A stretch of 64,000 nucleotides of DNA, from NCBI RefSeq assembly GCF_000143415.4, contig NW_003314279.1:62001-126000 (forward strand). The letters run 5' to 3'. The stretch is from Selaginella moellendorffii. Taxonomy: Eukaryota > Plantae > Lycopodiophyta. Within the stretch, counting starts at the first letter, position 1; every line of letters starts with the position of its first letter. The position numbers were made by a program, and so were the translations under genes. Of this stretch, positions 50,413 through 61,569 are shown one piece after another. The notes below the pieces were generated by a model, which was not told where the DNA came from, made no database searches, and saw only the letters and a list, made by a program, of their open reading frames with translations.

Positions 50413-52929
50413 ATGTCCTTTTCACAGCTACCAAGCATTGACTCCAGGAGCCTGCCTTTTAGAACTCGCAGGCTCCTTGCCGGAGAGTCGCGGCCGGATG
50501 GTGTCGAGCATGGCGACGATCAGCTGGAGAGCTTCATCCGGGTGGTGAGATCCTGCACCAGTTCCAAGAACCTGGATGAGGGCCGACGGATCCATCTGAG
50601 GATAGCGAGGAGCGAGCACAGGAGTAACAGGTACCTTGCGAATTTGCTGATCGAGATGTATGGCAAGTGTGGCCGCATTGCCGACGCTGCCAAGGTCTTT
50701 GATCGGATCCAGGAGCCCAATGTCTTCTCGTGGAACATCATGTTTGGAGCGTATGCCCAAAATGGGCATATCGAGGAGATGAAAGAGCTGTTTGATCGGA
50801 TGCCCGAGAGGGATGAGGTTGCCTGGAACGCCATCGTCTCGGCCTACGCTCAAAACGACGACCTGGAGAAGGCAAAGGAGATGTATGAGATGATGCCAAG
50901 AGCAACGGTAGTGGCGACAAATACCTTGATCGTGGCCAATGCAAGGAATGGCGATCTCGCGGAGGCCGATCGACTCTTCCAGGGACTGGGCCGGAAGAAG
51001 AACATCGTTTCTTGGACTGCGATGATCACGGCCTATGCTCAGGCAGGCCTGGCACTCAAGGCCAAGGCGATTTTTGACTCGATGGATGCCCGATGCAAGG
51101 ATTCCCTGGCCTGGAACGCGATGATCCAGGCGTACTCCCAGACCGGCCATTTCCAAGAAGCGATGGAGCTGCTGGAGAGAATGCCGCACAAGGATGCCGC
51201 TTCTAGCACGATCCTCATCGCGGCACTCGCGCAGCAGGGATTCTTGAAAGAGGCCATGGATCTGTTCGAAAGAATGCCGGATCCCAAGAATATGGTTGCC
51301 GCCACGGCCTTGCTCCGCGCATCTGACCTGGGGCAAGCGGAGCTGATCTACCACAGCATGCCGGAGCGCGATCTCGTTGCCGAGAACGCGATGCTCCAAT
51401 CTTACTGCGAGAATGGGTGCCTGGAGGATGCCAAGAACTTCTTCCACCAAATGCCGGAGCGAAATATCTTCTCCTGGAGCTCCATCGTCTCTGCGCTCGC
51501 CCTAAACGGCCATCTCCAAGAATCCACTCGCTTGCTAAAGAAAATGCCCGAGATGAGCCTCGTGGCGTGTACGGCGTTGATCACTGCGTACGGCCAGTCC
51601 GGTGACGTGGACGCCGCGTGGCGGATATTCGACGAGATGCCCTGCCACAGCTTGGTGTCGTGGACGGCCCTGATCGCAGCCTGCGGAAGAAACGGTCATC
51701 TGGAGGAATCAAAGCGAATCTTCGACGCAATGCCGTACCGCAACCTAGTGACGTGGAACGCCGTCATGGCAGCATACGGACAGAATATGCTTATAGACGC
51801 CGCGAAAGCCGCTTTCGATGCGATGCCGGAGTGGAACATTCCGTCGTGCGTCACGCTGCTGGCGGCATATTCTGACAGGGGGAATCTGGAAGATGCTACG
51901 CGGATATTCGCCTCCATGCCCGAGGTGAACGCCATGGCGTCCACCGCGATGCTCTCCGCGCTCGCGGCAAATGGCCGGCTGGACGAGGCGAAGGATATCT
52001 TCGAGAGCATTCCAATCCGGGGACTCGCGACCTGGAACGCGATGATCACTGGATTCGTCCAGGCCGGGGATCTCGCCAGTGCGCGATCTCTGTTCGATCG
52101 AATGCCCGAGAGGGATCTCATATCCTGGAGCGTTATGATCGCAGGCTACACCGAGAGTGGGGGTACACACGCGGAAGCCGTGAGCCTGTTCGATTCGATG
52201 CCCGTCCGCGACACAATCTCTGGAAACGCGCTCATCGCCGGCTACGCTTCGCAAGGGGATTTGGAGTCCGCCACCGCGATCTTCAACCGGATGCCGCAGC
52301 ACAGCGCGATCTCCTGGGCAACGCTGATCAAATCTTATGCCCAGGCCTGGCATCTGGATCTCGCCGACGCAATGCTGCGCGAAATCCCCTACCCTAATCT
52401 CTTCGTCTGGAACGCAGTGATCGTGACATATGCCCAATGTATGAAGCTCAACAGGGTAAAGCAGGTGTTCGATTCCATGGACGAGCGCAATGCAGTGACG
52501 TGGAATACCACGCTAGCAGCACATGCCCACAATGGGCATATTCTCCAAGCCGAGGCTCTCTTTAAAACCATGCCAGAGCCAACGTCGGTATCTTACAACG
52601 CAATGCTTAGCGGCTACTCGCAGTTTGGAGAATGGAGAGACGTAGCATTGACGCTGGAAGCTATGAGCTTAAGTGGTTTCCAACCAGACGAGGTAGCTCT
52701 CACGAGTGTTCTTTCATCTTGCAGCCATGAAGGCTCGATCGAAAAGAGCCGCAAGTATTTCTCGTCCGTGGTGGCGGACTATGGCCTAGATTATCTCCCT
52801 GAGCATTTCTTCGCGATGGTGGATGTCTTTGAGCGTGCTAGTCAGGCTAGGATGGCTCGAGAGCTTAGCAGCTGCCTGACTCACAAGGAACCTGTGAGAA
52901 ACATTTCCTGGAGCATGCTAAACTTGTGA
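50413..52929 (+). CDS. PLS-class PPR protein with a long array of 31-aa repeats; E domain degenerate
   Basis: About 20 'MP..D.V.WNA...Y...G....A..LF..' repeats. The C-terminus leaves the PPR consensus after 'MVDVFERAS'. Confidence 0.9.
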   Translation: MSFSQLPSIDSRSLPFRTRRLLAGESRPDGVEHGDDQLESFIRVVRSCTSSKNLDEGRRIHLRIARSEHRSNRYLANLLIEMYGKCGRIADAAKVFDRIQEPNVFSWNIMFGAYAQNGHIEEMKELFDRMPERDEVAWNAIVSAYAQNDDLEKAKEMYEMMPRATVVATNTLIVANARNGDLAEADRLFQGLGRKKNIVSWTAMITAYAQAGLALKAKAIFDSMDARCKDSLAWNAMIQAYSQTGHFQEAMELLERMPHKDAASSTILIAALAQQGFLKEAMDLFERMPDPKNMVAATALLRASDLGQAELIYHSMPERDLVAENAMLQSYCENGCLEDAKNFFHQMPERNIFSWSSIVSALALNGHLQESTRLLKKMPEMSLVACTALITAYGQSGDVDAAWRIFDEMPCHSLVSWTALIAACGRNGHLEESKRIFDAMPYRNLVTWNAVMAAYGQNMLIDAAKAAFDAMPEWNIPSCVTLLAAYSDRGNLEDATRIFASMPEVNAMASTAMLSALAANGRLDEAKDIFESIPIRGLATWNAMITGFVQAGDLASARSLFDRMPERDLISWSVMIAGYTESGGTHAEAVSLFDSMPVRDTISGNALIAGYASQGDLESATAIFNRMPQHSAISWATLIKSYAQAWHLDLADAMLREIPYPNLFVWNAVIVTYAQCMKLNRVKQVFDSMDERNAVTWNTTLAAHAHNGHILQAEALFKTMPEPTSVSYNAMLSGYSQFGEWRDVALTLEAMSLSGFQPDEVALTSVLSSCSHEGSIEKSRKYFSSVVADYGLDYLPEHFFAMVDVFERASQARMARELSSCLTHKEPVRNISWSMLNL

Positions 52930-52977
52930 GAGCTCAGCGAAGGAGATTTAGCTGTCAATAGTTTTTGGAGTCGCGGT

Positions 52978-54714
52978 TTACACTGTGCAGCATAGCTTGG
53001 AATCGATGGAAGCCAAACAGATGCCGAAAGCTTGAAATCCTGTCAATGGAAATCTGGAAACCACGGGAGTGTTACAATCGTCCAGCCATGTCAAGCATGC
53101 TTACCGGTATTCCATGACATAGGTGGACTTGCTTAGCTTCCCAAGTAGCAAAACAGCTTGCTTACCTTGGTCCTGTATCAGCAAAAAACAAAACTGTCAA
53201 TTTTCCGGAGAAAAGGAGATTTTTTGGGTACCTCAACTGTCAGCTGAAAGTTTTTAACCGAGGTCTTGATCTTGGCGCCCATTTTTGACGACTCACGAAA
53301 GTCGAGTTCATATCTTTTTAAAATATTGTTGTAACAAGGTGTTTTAGATACGAGCTCCTTGACATTGCTCATGTTTTCCTCCCAGTCCTTTCCTAAACCG
53401 AAATTAAACTGCGAGTTCCCGGAACATATGAATATCGAAAGAACAACAAAACACTAAGACTGCGTTTTACCTGAATACTAGAACCATTTGTTTGAATCGA
53501 CTGATACTTCGGGATAAAAGCCTTCAATTTTCTGGAGTCGCCTGTGAGCGTCGTGACTGTCGGCTCGAACCTTCATAAAGAAAGCCAAAGAAACAAGCAC
53601 TAGCTGTCAATCAAATGGATGTCATTTAAGCTACAAAACGCTCACGTCACAACGCCCTGAAGCACCTTCTGTCGAGCACTTAAAAAATCCCCCTGCAGCC
53701 ATGGATATAAAAATACAACAAGCTTCAAACGAAAAGGCAACCAGAGTAAAGCAAAAGAAGGCTCCAATACCTGTTCCCAAAGTTGGTACCGCGATCCAAC
53801 AAGGTTCGCTCCCAGGTTTCCCAAATATCCTTCGTCTTGCGACTGTAGCACCGTTCCGATGGTGCTTTGAGCGATCAAAAACTCCGAGCGCCCGACCCGT
53901 CGTCTGTGACGAGCAACAGCTAGCAAACGATCCTGTCGACCTTGGCCCTCCTGACAACAAGACTTTCAGCCACTAACTCGAAGAAAACCGAGCAGATTTT
54001 CGCTTACATCTGTGTAGAGCGAGTAAACCGAGGGACCATCTCGATGCTCTCGAACAATGTAGCATCGACACTTCCCCACATCCACAGGCAAAGGCTTGAG
54101 GAGCAAAACTCTGCCGAAAACGAAAGAAAAGAGAAGCCTTTCAAGAGAAGTCTCGAACAAAGCACGATAAATAGAGGAAAAGGAAAGAACCTGTTGCCAA
54201 GAGTCGACCACGCAGACGCAGGAGCAGCTTCTTCGTCCCAGACATAAAGCCGGTGATTTGGAGTGGCACAAAACAGCGGAGTCTCGCCTGAAAGCTCGCC
54301 AGACTTGTTCTTGTCGCTCGAGCTCACATCCCCGGCATTGTTGCTCCTGTTGTGCTTCTTGGACGCGCTCAAGGGGCCCCGGTTGAGCTCGCAAAGTGGC
54401 TCCGACTTGGAGACGATGGAATCGAAGGAATGGTGCCTCTGGCTTCGACTCTTGCGCAGCGCTGGAGAGGACGAAGAACGGAAGGCATTCTCCTTGAGAA
54501 CGTCGATAACATCGCACTGCACCGAGGAGCTGTGGCAAAGGTGCATTGGAAGAGCCGAGCCACCACCGCCACCGCAGTCGATGAGGACTCCATGGCCGCC
54601 AGACGATTTGGAAGACTTCTCCTTGTCTAGAGAGCCACCGAGAGGATTCAAGAAGGACTTGAAGGACTGGTGGCTGGAGGATTTCTTGAGCTTGCTGCTA
54701 CCGCTGCTGGACAT
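52978..54714 (-). CDS. Tubby-like protein, TLP8-type (no F-box), multi-exon
   Basis: 'KPLPVDVGKCRCYIVRE', 'EGQGRQDRLLAVARHRRRVGRSEF', 'NLVGSRYQLW', 'YELDFR..TSVKNFQL', 'FPLTGFQAFGICLASIDSKLCCTV*'. Confidence 0.88.
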
Positions 54715-55555
54715 TATCCTCCTCCTCCAGCAGCAAAGTCGCTGGAAGATGGGTCGGAGCAGCAGCTGCCAGGCACTGGATTTCTCCAGCCCAAACACTT
54801 CAGCAAAGGAACTTCCACTGGAGAAAAAGATAGAAATTAAAGAGCAAGCTCACCTGGTGCGATAAGTTTGCCGAGTGGATCGTCAGTAGTCCCATAGTGG
54901 TGGTGGTGATGTTGTCTCCCCGTGGTCCATGCCAGAGAGCTTTTTCGATCTAGCTCAGTTTCTCGCTGCTTGTCACCACGTTGAGATCTGGCACAAGCAT
55001 TAGATGATGTAAGGCCGTGAAGTCATTGAATTTTCCACATATACCATGAATGAGATAGCGCGCAAGAGGTCTGCCTGCGAGTGTTCTTCCCTATTTCTTT
55101 CTGAGAGACAGTGACCTTGGACCGCGCCTGGACACCGCTGATCGACGAGAGAAAGGCTGTGGCATTCGGTTACCTTGTCGCGTCATCCATTAATCCTCAG
55201 ATGCTAAGAAGAGCGCTTAAATCAATCTATGCGTACTGGAAGAAACCTCGTGATCGTCACAGGAAGTGGAAGAATGTAGCTAGCCAAGAGATCCAGCAGC
55301 CGTGGAGAGGACGAATTTACCCCCACAATCCAAGAACCCTAAAAATACAGGGGATTTGGGAGCTTGGGATTTGGACTTTTTGCCGGGCTTGAGAGTATTT
55401 GAAATTTACGTCTGACAAAGAAAAGCTTTTGCTTTCACTCATCGTTATTTGGAAAACGGTTGATTTCGAAGAAGACGTCAAGGGCTTTGGCATTTACTAA
55501 TGCAATAAGATTTTACCCCTCTGACATCCTGTCAACGGTTAAAAAGATAAGGTAA

Positions 55556-55633
55556 GTTTCAAATTTGAGTTTCCATTGCCGGGATTTGAACCCTGGTTTC
55601 AAATTTGAGTTTCCATTGCCGGGATTTGAACCC
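55556..55633. repeat. 38-bp direct repeat (40-bp period) duplicating the tRNA-Glu 3' end and trailer
   Basis: GTTTCAAATTTGAGTTTCCATTGCCGGGATTTGAACCC occurs at 55556-55593 and 55596-55633. Confidence 0.95.
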
Positions 55634-55684
55634 GGGTCACCTGGGTGAAAGCCAGATATCCTGACCGGACTAGACGACAATGGA
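55611..55684 (-). tRNA. tRNA-Glu (anticodon UUC)
   Basis: Cloverleaf with TCCATTG/CAATGGA acceptor stem, TCTGG-CTTTCAC-CCAGG anticodon arm, CCGGG-TTCAAAT-CCCGG T-arm. An oligo-T terminator lies at 55541-55545 (- strand). Confidence 0.95.
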
Positions 55685-55765
55685 TTTGTACTTATGAGAG
55701 ATTTCTTATGGTTGATAGAGGTGATTCCATATAGGAGCCCTAATGTGTTTGGGGGGCGCGAAGCT

Positions 55766-57185
55766 ATGGCCGGCTTCGTCGTCGAGTATGCGAAATCCGG
55801 TAGGTCGGCGTGCAAGCACTGCAAGCTCGAGCTCGCCAAGGGCGAGGTGAGAATCGGCATTGTGAGCAAGGGCGCCGGATTCGCCATGACCAAATGGTAA
55901 AGATTTTCCATTCCTTCATAGCAATTTCTTTTTTTTCTTCTTCTTGTGGAAGGCATCACTCCAAATGCGTTTTGGAGCTCCAAGCTCCTGTCGCGGACGT
56001 TCTCAAGGCCAAAGGCTTCGCTGCATTGAAAGTAATTTTTTTTATTGCAGAATGCGATGAGCCATGAGAACTTTTTGATTTGGCACAGGCTTCGGATCAA
56101 ACTATTTTGAAGGAGTTGCTACAGCGAGAAGCCGTGGAAGTGAGCCGTAAAAAGATTTGTCTCGAGAAGAAAGCTGTCGTGCCGAAGGAAACTCGACAGC
56201 TTTGGCATGCAAAGCTGTCCAGCTTTGAGCCATCTCAGTTCTCTACATGCTACAAGGTTTGTGTTTTGCATTTAACGCTTTTGATTATATTCATCTCTCA
56301 AGACGCATAGGATTCATCTCTGCCCATGGGGTGGAAGTCATTTTCCTCCATAATCGTGAACACTGTAAGGTTTCTCTTACGAGAACACACGGGATCAAGC
56401 TGAGACAGTACTTTTACTCGATTTGCAGCCAGATGATAGTGGAACTTTGTCAGAGAAGGTTGCAGCTTTCGACTTTGACGGTTGCCTTGTGAACACTGAC
56501 GTGAAAAGGTGACATAAATCGCAGCTAGAATCTTTCCTAATCGACTCTCTTTTGCAGAGTGGGTGCTCAAGCATGGTCCCTACTATACACTTCTATACCG
56601 CAAAAGCTACAAGCCTGCCACGAAGACGGGTATAAACTGGTGAAGTGCTTGCTGATTGCTTTCACTATGCGGCCTGTTGTCAAACTGTTCTTTTTATTGT
56701 CAGGTGGTGTTTACAAACGAGTCCAACATCGATAGGTGGACAAAGAGCCGGCAGAAGGCCATCGATTCGAAGCTGGGAAGGCTGAACGCCTTCATGGATC
56801 TTGTCAAGGTTCCGATACAGGTATTGTTGTTCCAAGGAAAAACCACGTTTTGACAGTGCTGCTCCCGTTTCTAGGTGGTCATTTCGTGTGGCTTGGACGG
56901 TGACCCGTGTAGAAAGCCTGCGCCTGGCATGTGGGAGTTTATGGAGCGGCACTTGAACGGCGACATCGCCATAGACAGGAGTATGTCTTTCTATGTTGGT
57001 GACGCGGCTGGAAGAGCAGGAGATCACAGTGATGCTGACATTGGATTTGCAAAGGTGAGAGATTGGCCATACATTCCAACTAATGCATTCCAGTCCTCCT
57101 TCCTTTTGCACAGGCAGTCGGGCTCAAGTTTTTCGTACCCGAAGATTATTTCGACGTAAAGCAAAAAACATCTTTGATCGATTGA
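55766..57185 (+). CDS. ZDP: Polynucleotide 3'-phosphatase ZDP-like (PARP-type zinc finger plus PNK3P domain), multi-exon
   Basis: zf-PARP 'EYAKSGRSACKHC..W|HHSKC', HAD motif 'AAFDFDGCL', 'VVFTNESNIDRW', 'RKPAPGMW', 'SFYVGDAAGRAGDHSDADIGFAK'. Confidence 0.9.
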
Positions 57186-57263
57186 GTGAAAGGATTGTTC
57201 CAGTTACCTTGTCACAAGCTTTCGTAACGGTCATTGGACTTCAATCGCTTCGGTCGTACATTT

Positions 57264-58335
57264 CTAGGTTACAATGGTGCTTTTGTCAACGTTCATTTGT
57301 TCTTGGGTTTCTTCGTCAACCTTTACTGCGTCCTCGTACTTTATTTCTTCCCATGAACAGGAGAATCTCCACACCGACGCACAGTTCTCCAGCTCTGTGG
57401 CATCAAACTATACCATCAGCAATGCGATAGAGAGATGGTTTCTGAGGTGGCTCTTTATCATCGTCTTTGTCCTCGAACCTCCGAGCACCAGAAGTTGGTT
57501 TTCTACCTGAGGCTGCGTGAATGCAGTGAATTCACCAGTTCGAAGACCGTAGAAACGATCACCGTCCTGCTGGTTTGCACCGAGAGCACTGGATACGAAC
57601 AGAAAAAACCGGGATTTGAGGAAAATTCTAATCTTTTTGTTGTATCCACAAATCAGCCTGCGAACTGGTCAAGCATGGAAAACCATATCAGATATCTTTT
57701 TACCTGTTACGGGAAGCGTTAAAGGTGACGGATAATCCTGCTGTAACTTGCTCTAAAGCTGCAGCGGAGCTACAAACAGGTAAAAACACTAAATCTACAC
57801 TGTGCTAGACAAAAAACTTCAAGCCCAGTGGCAGCATTGCATAGATGAACTAGATGATCCTGTGTTATAGTTGCGAAAACATAAATTAACAGATCTACAA
57901 GCCTTAGTATAAAACAAGCCCTAGAGATTAACACGAAGAACTTGTGGCAACCATGTGAGGATACCGCAAAACTCGTACAGTCTCTCCTTCCGACACTGTC
58001 AATGACGAGACAAGTGGATCTACAATCAAGCCGATAACTTACATGCATCCACAAGCGTTATATCAAAAAATCGACCGCACAAAGAGAAGAACACGAAAAA
58101 AATATGGACTTACAGATCGAAAATCCTGAGCCTCTTGTCCTCGTTGCACGTCAGAAAGCACGAGCCATCAGGAGATCTGCAAGAGAATGCGTTAGAAATT
58201 GCGTAAAACAACGTAGAAATGCAATAGAAACTTCTTTCACTTGACACCCTTGAAAAAATTGTTGTTGCTGCCATCCAGCCGGAACTGGCGATGCAGATAG
58301 AGTCTGTGTGGCAGAGGATCGAAATGCCTGCGAGG
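57264..58335 (-). pseudogene. WRAP53/TCAB1 (WD40) pseudogene, copy 1
   Basis: Pieces 'NNFFKGVK', 'SPDGSCFLTCNEDKRLRIFDL', 'YPHMVAT', 'TSGARRF', 'ENCASVWRFS'. The splice donor after GVK is broken, and there are frameshifts and internal deletions. Confidence 0.8.
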
Positions 58336-58400
58336 GATCTCCCCTTGCCCCTTGCACTCCCGGGAATTGTGCTCCTCAAGGTCGAGAACTCTGGATCGCT
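58336..58400 (-). pseudogene. Degenerate fragment of the last exon of the DnaJ-zinc-finger/Trp-rich gene
   Basis: 58336-58400 (GGATCTCCCCTTGCCCCTTGCAC..TCCTCAAGGTCGAGAACTCTGGATCGCT) aligns with 61635-61712, with indels. Confidence 0.7.
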
Positions 58401-59276
58401 CTCCTGTTGTAGCTGATCAAATTCTTTGTCCAAATTTTCAGGATTTAAAACTTTGGGCTGAAGCAATTTCATACTATTAATATATTAGCTTACAGTAATT
58501 GGTAATAAAAATGAAGTACAAATGTTGCGGCGGGAAATAATATCCTGCCACCACAAAATTCACTGCTTTGGAGCAAGGTGGGCAAATCTAAAACTACCCA
58601 ATTGATTCATTAGTTAACAAAACCAACTAGTTAAGGTAGAAGCCTTGATTCTATGCTGTGTTGCATAAAAAGAATCCCGCAAAAGAGGGGATGATGAAGT
58701 TTGTTTTGAGAGGAAAGGATGACTTGTGGCACTGTGTTTCCATTGACAGATTGCAAACCACTTTAGATCTGGTAGGATGACTTTGCCATGCTATTCAGCA
58801 ACAAATCCTTTCGCCAAGTGGAAATGTATCTTTTGCCCTCATACACTCTTGTAGGAAAGAGATTGAGAACACTCTTTCTTTTATTAGATTTGCAAAAAAC
58901 CATTGCTTTGCTGCTAATAGGCTGTGAGCCACTCTTCTTAGGAGGTCTCTTAATCTTCATAGAAGAACATTTTGAAGATTTGACTCTTTAAAAACACTTT
59001 TAGAATTAAAATGACTATCTTAAGGGTAGTTAAAAAACACTCTCTATTAAGTTTTACTTATCGAATGGTGCAATCTAATTAATCCTACATAGTTCGCTTC
59101 AGATCTACTAAAAAAATCTCTGCATATGCAACTTGAGTCAGAAAATCAACATTCTCTGTTTTTGACAATTGAAAAAAATTATATACCATTGATGATTTTT
59201 TAAAGTCCTTAACAAAAAAAAGTTTAACAAATGTTCCTTTTGACTTCAGTTTTTAGTACTATCCAATCATTACTAT

Positions 59277-59337
59277 CATATTACATCATATTACTACATA
59301 TTACTCCTTCCCGTCATATTACTACTGCCCATATTAC
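59277..59337 (+). repeat. Five CATATTAC copies immediately upstream of the orphan gene start
   Basis: Copies start at 59277, 59287, 59297, 59315 and 59330. Confidence 0.85.
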
Positions 59338-59344
59338 TCCTGCA

Positions 59345-60227
59345 ATGGGCAGCTTATTCTCTCGAAATTCATTTTCCCAGAGGAGGTGCTGCTGCATTCA
59401 GATCAACACAAAGCTCCCATCACACACAACACCACTCGACCAGCTACGCCTTCATCTTCCCAATGGACTACCCAAGCGCGAGCAGCTCGTGGGCATTGGA
59501 ATGGTGATCCTGCCCTGCGTCCGAGAGAGCCGCGCAAACATCGAAGTTACTCTGGAGGTCAGGAGCTTCTTCGTGAGCGTGGACGACGAGGATGTAATCA
59601 TGAGCGCCAGAGCTTTAGGATTCTATCCCTACCGCGTCAAACTCTGGATCGAGCCACAACATGGTGAAATGAAGAGCTCTGTCAACATTGTTACCTACAA
59701 TTTCCGTGATGGGGATGCCAATTCCAGCACGCACATCACGAGCAGCAATGGTGAGATTGGAGCTCAACTTAAATTATGGCCAGTGTCGCTCAGTTTAAAG
59801 AAGACGTGGGGGCGGTCAGTCCAAGAGCCCATGGAGTACGACTCAATCACCGTTGGAGTTCCAGGGAACACAGCAGAGCTCGAGTGGAAACTCCTTCGCT
59901 GGAATCACAATGGAATGAAGTATAATCCATCCAAACCATACTATAAGCTCAACTCTCTCAAGGTAAATCATTGCTTTTGTTTCCATCTAAAGGTGATTCA
60001 TACAGCCTCCGTTGCAAGGAGGACGAACAAGGATTAACGTGGAAAACTTTCCCATTGTTGTGTGGCATCTGCCGGCAAGCATGGCGTCCAAGTTTCCCCT
60101 CCGGTTCAAGCTGCGTTTGGAGGCCGAGATGCATCTCCTCTGGTACGCGAGAAGAAACTGGGTGTACCGCAAAGCCAATTGCACCAGCGAGAGAGTCGAG
60201 TTTTCTCACGAGTTTGTTGTCGAGTGA
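59345..60227 (+). CDS. Orphan beta-rich protein (279 aa), 2 exons (59345-59962, 60006-60227), N-terminal MGSLFS + CCC
   Basis: A 43-nt GT-AG phase-0 intron joins two open frames. Coding-like GC content contrasts with the AT-rich upstream flank. Confidence 0.62.
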
Positions 60228-60499
60228 GAAGCCGGTCATATACCTGTTTGTCGAAATAAGTGGCCGCACTGCTGTAAACTGCCCTGTTCTTCGGGATCCG
60301 GTATTTGCTGAAGGTCACGGTGTCTTTGAAGGGATTTCCTCAGGTACCTATGAATATCTGGCAACGAATCTATCTATCTAATAGAGGAATCATAAGCGTT
60401 CAATCGTGCCACAACCATCTCGGTGCACCACAGCTCTTTTCCATGCTGCGAGAGATTTAACCAAGGGCTCCCTCGAGGAGAAATTTGTCCTGTGGAGAT

Positions 60500-61530
60500 T
60501 TCTGCCGTACTTAGAGAACTGAACATGTTTGACTTAGCAGCTTATAGATAGACTCGAAGGGAAGCGAGGAACTATACTTGAGTGAGGCCTTCCTCGTGTC
60601 CTTGCAGCACATATAGAAGCTCCATGTTTGCCTTCGTTGTACACTGCTAAGGTTCAATCCTAAGAACCAGCCCCAAGAAGATTTTGTCTGATGTCCGCTA
60701 AAAGCTAGGCACGACACAATTCCTGCAAGAGCTACTTTTGTTACTCTAAGTCGAAAGACGATCACTCTTCTTTGGAACTCGTTGGCAGTGACGACCGGGG
60801 CATAAGAAATTCTAATCTTTTTGTTGTATCCACAAACAGCCTGCGAGCGCCAGGAATGGGCAACCATATCAGAAATCTTTTTACCTGTTACCCGCAGGAT
60901 TAACAATGCTGCTGTAACTTCAATTGTAAGCTCTGGATGATCCCGCGTTGCAGTCGCGAAAACACAAGTTGACAGATCTACAAGCAATCAAAGCCTTACT
61001 GAAATTCAAGCACAAGAGATTAAAATGAAGAACCTGTGGCAACCATGTGAGGACCAGCAAAAATCGTACACAGGCTCTCCTTCAATGACGAGACAAGTGG
61101 ATCTAAACTCAAGCTGATAACTTTCATGTTCCAGGAAAAAATCTACCGAGCAAGATCCTCGGCTTCCAGAGCGTTTGAAGGCCTGAAGCCACAAACGTTA
61201 CACCACGAAGAGAAGAACAAGGAAGAAAAACCACAAAACCTAGTGGACTTACAGATTGAAAATCCTGAGCCTCTTGTCCTCGTTGCACGTCAGAAAGCAC
61301 GAGCCATCCGGAGACCTGCAAGAGATAGAAATTGCATAGAACAAGCTATAGGCCCAGTGCATAGAAACGCAATGGAAACTTCTTTTCTTTTCTTTCTCAC
61401 CACTTGACACCCTTGAAGAAATTGTTGCCGCTGCCATCCAGCCGGAGCTGGCGATGCAAGTGATAGAGCCTCTGCGGCGGAGGATCGAAATGCACGCGAG
61501 GGCACCACAGATACGAATGCGGCGCCGGCG
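60500..61530 (-). pseudogene. WRAP53/TCAB1 (WD40) pseudogene, copy 2 (3' truncated)
   Basis: 'FDPPPQRLYHLHRQLRLDGSGNNFFKGVKW|SPDGSCFLTCNEDKRLRIFNL', 'EGEPVYDFCW' followed by a frameshift, 'STCVFATATRDHP' followed by a deletion, then 'CGYNKKIRI' and 'GIVSCLAFS'. Confidence 0.8.
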
Positions 61531-61569
61531 CCAGGCTAAATTTTGGGCACACTATCAACACACTATCAA

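Noticed and set aside
54715-55110. Open frame ending in TAATG over the TLP8 start, as a conserved peptide uORF
   Set aside because: No in-frame ATG, and the plausible upstream splice creates a stop; only short ordinary uORFs remain.
55556-55633. Direct repeats as a CRISPR array or prophage att site
   Set aside because: Only two units with a 2-nt spacer, a eukaryotic context, and no cas or integrase gene; reported instead as a tRNA 3' duplication.
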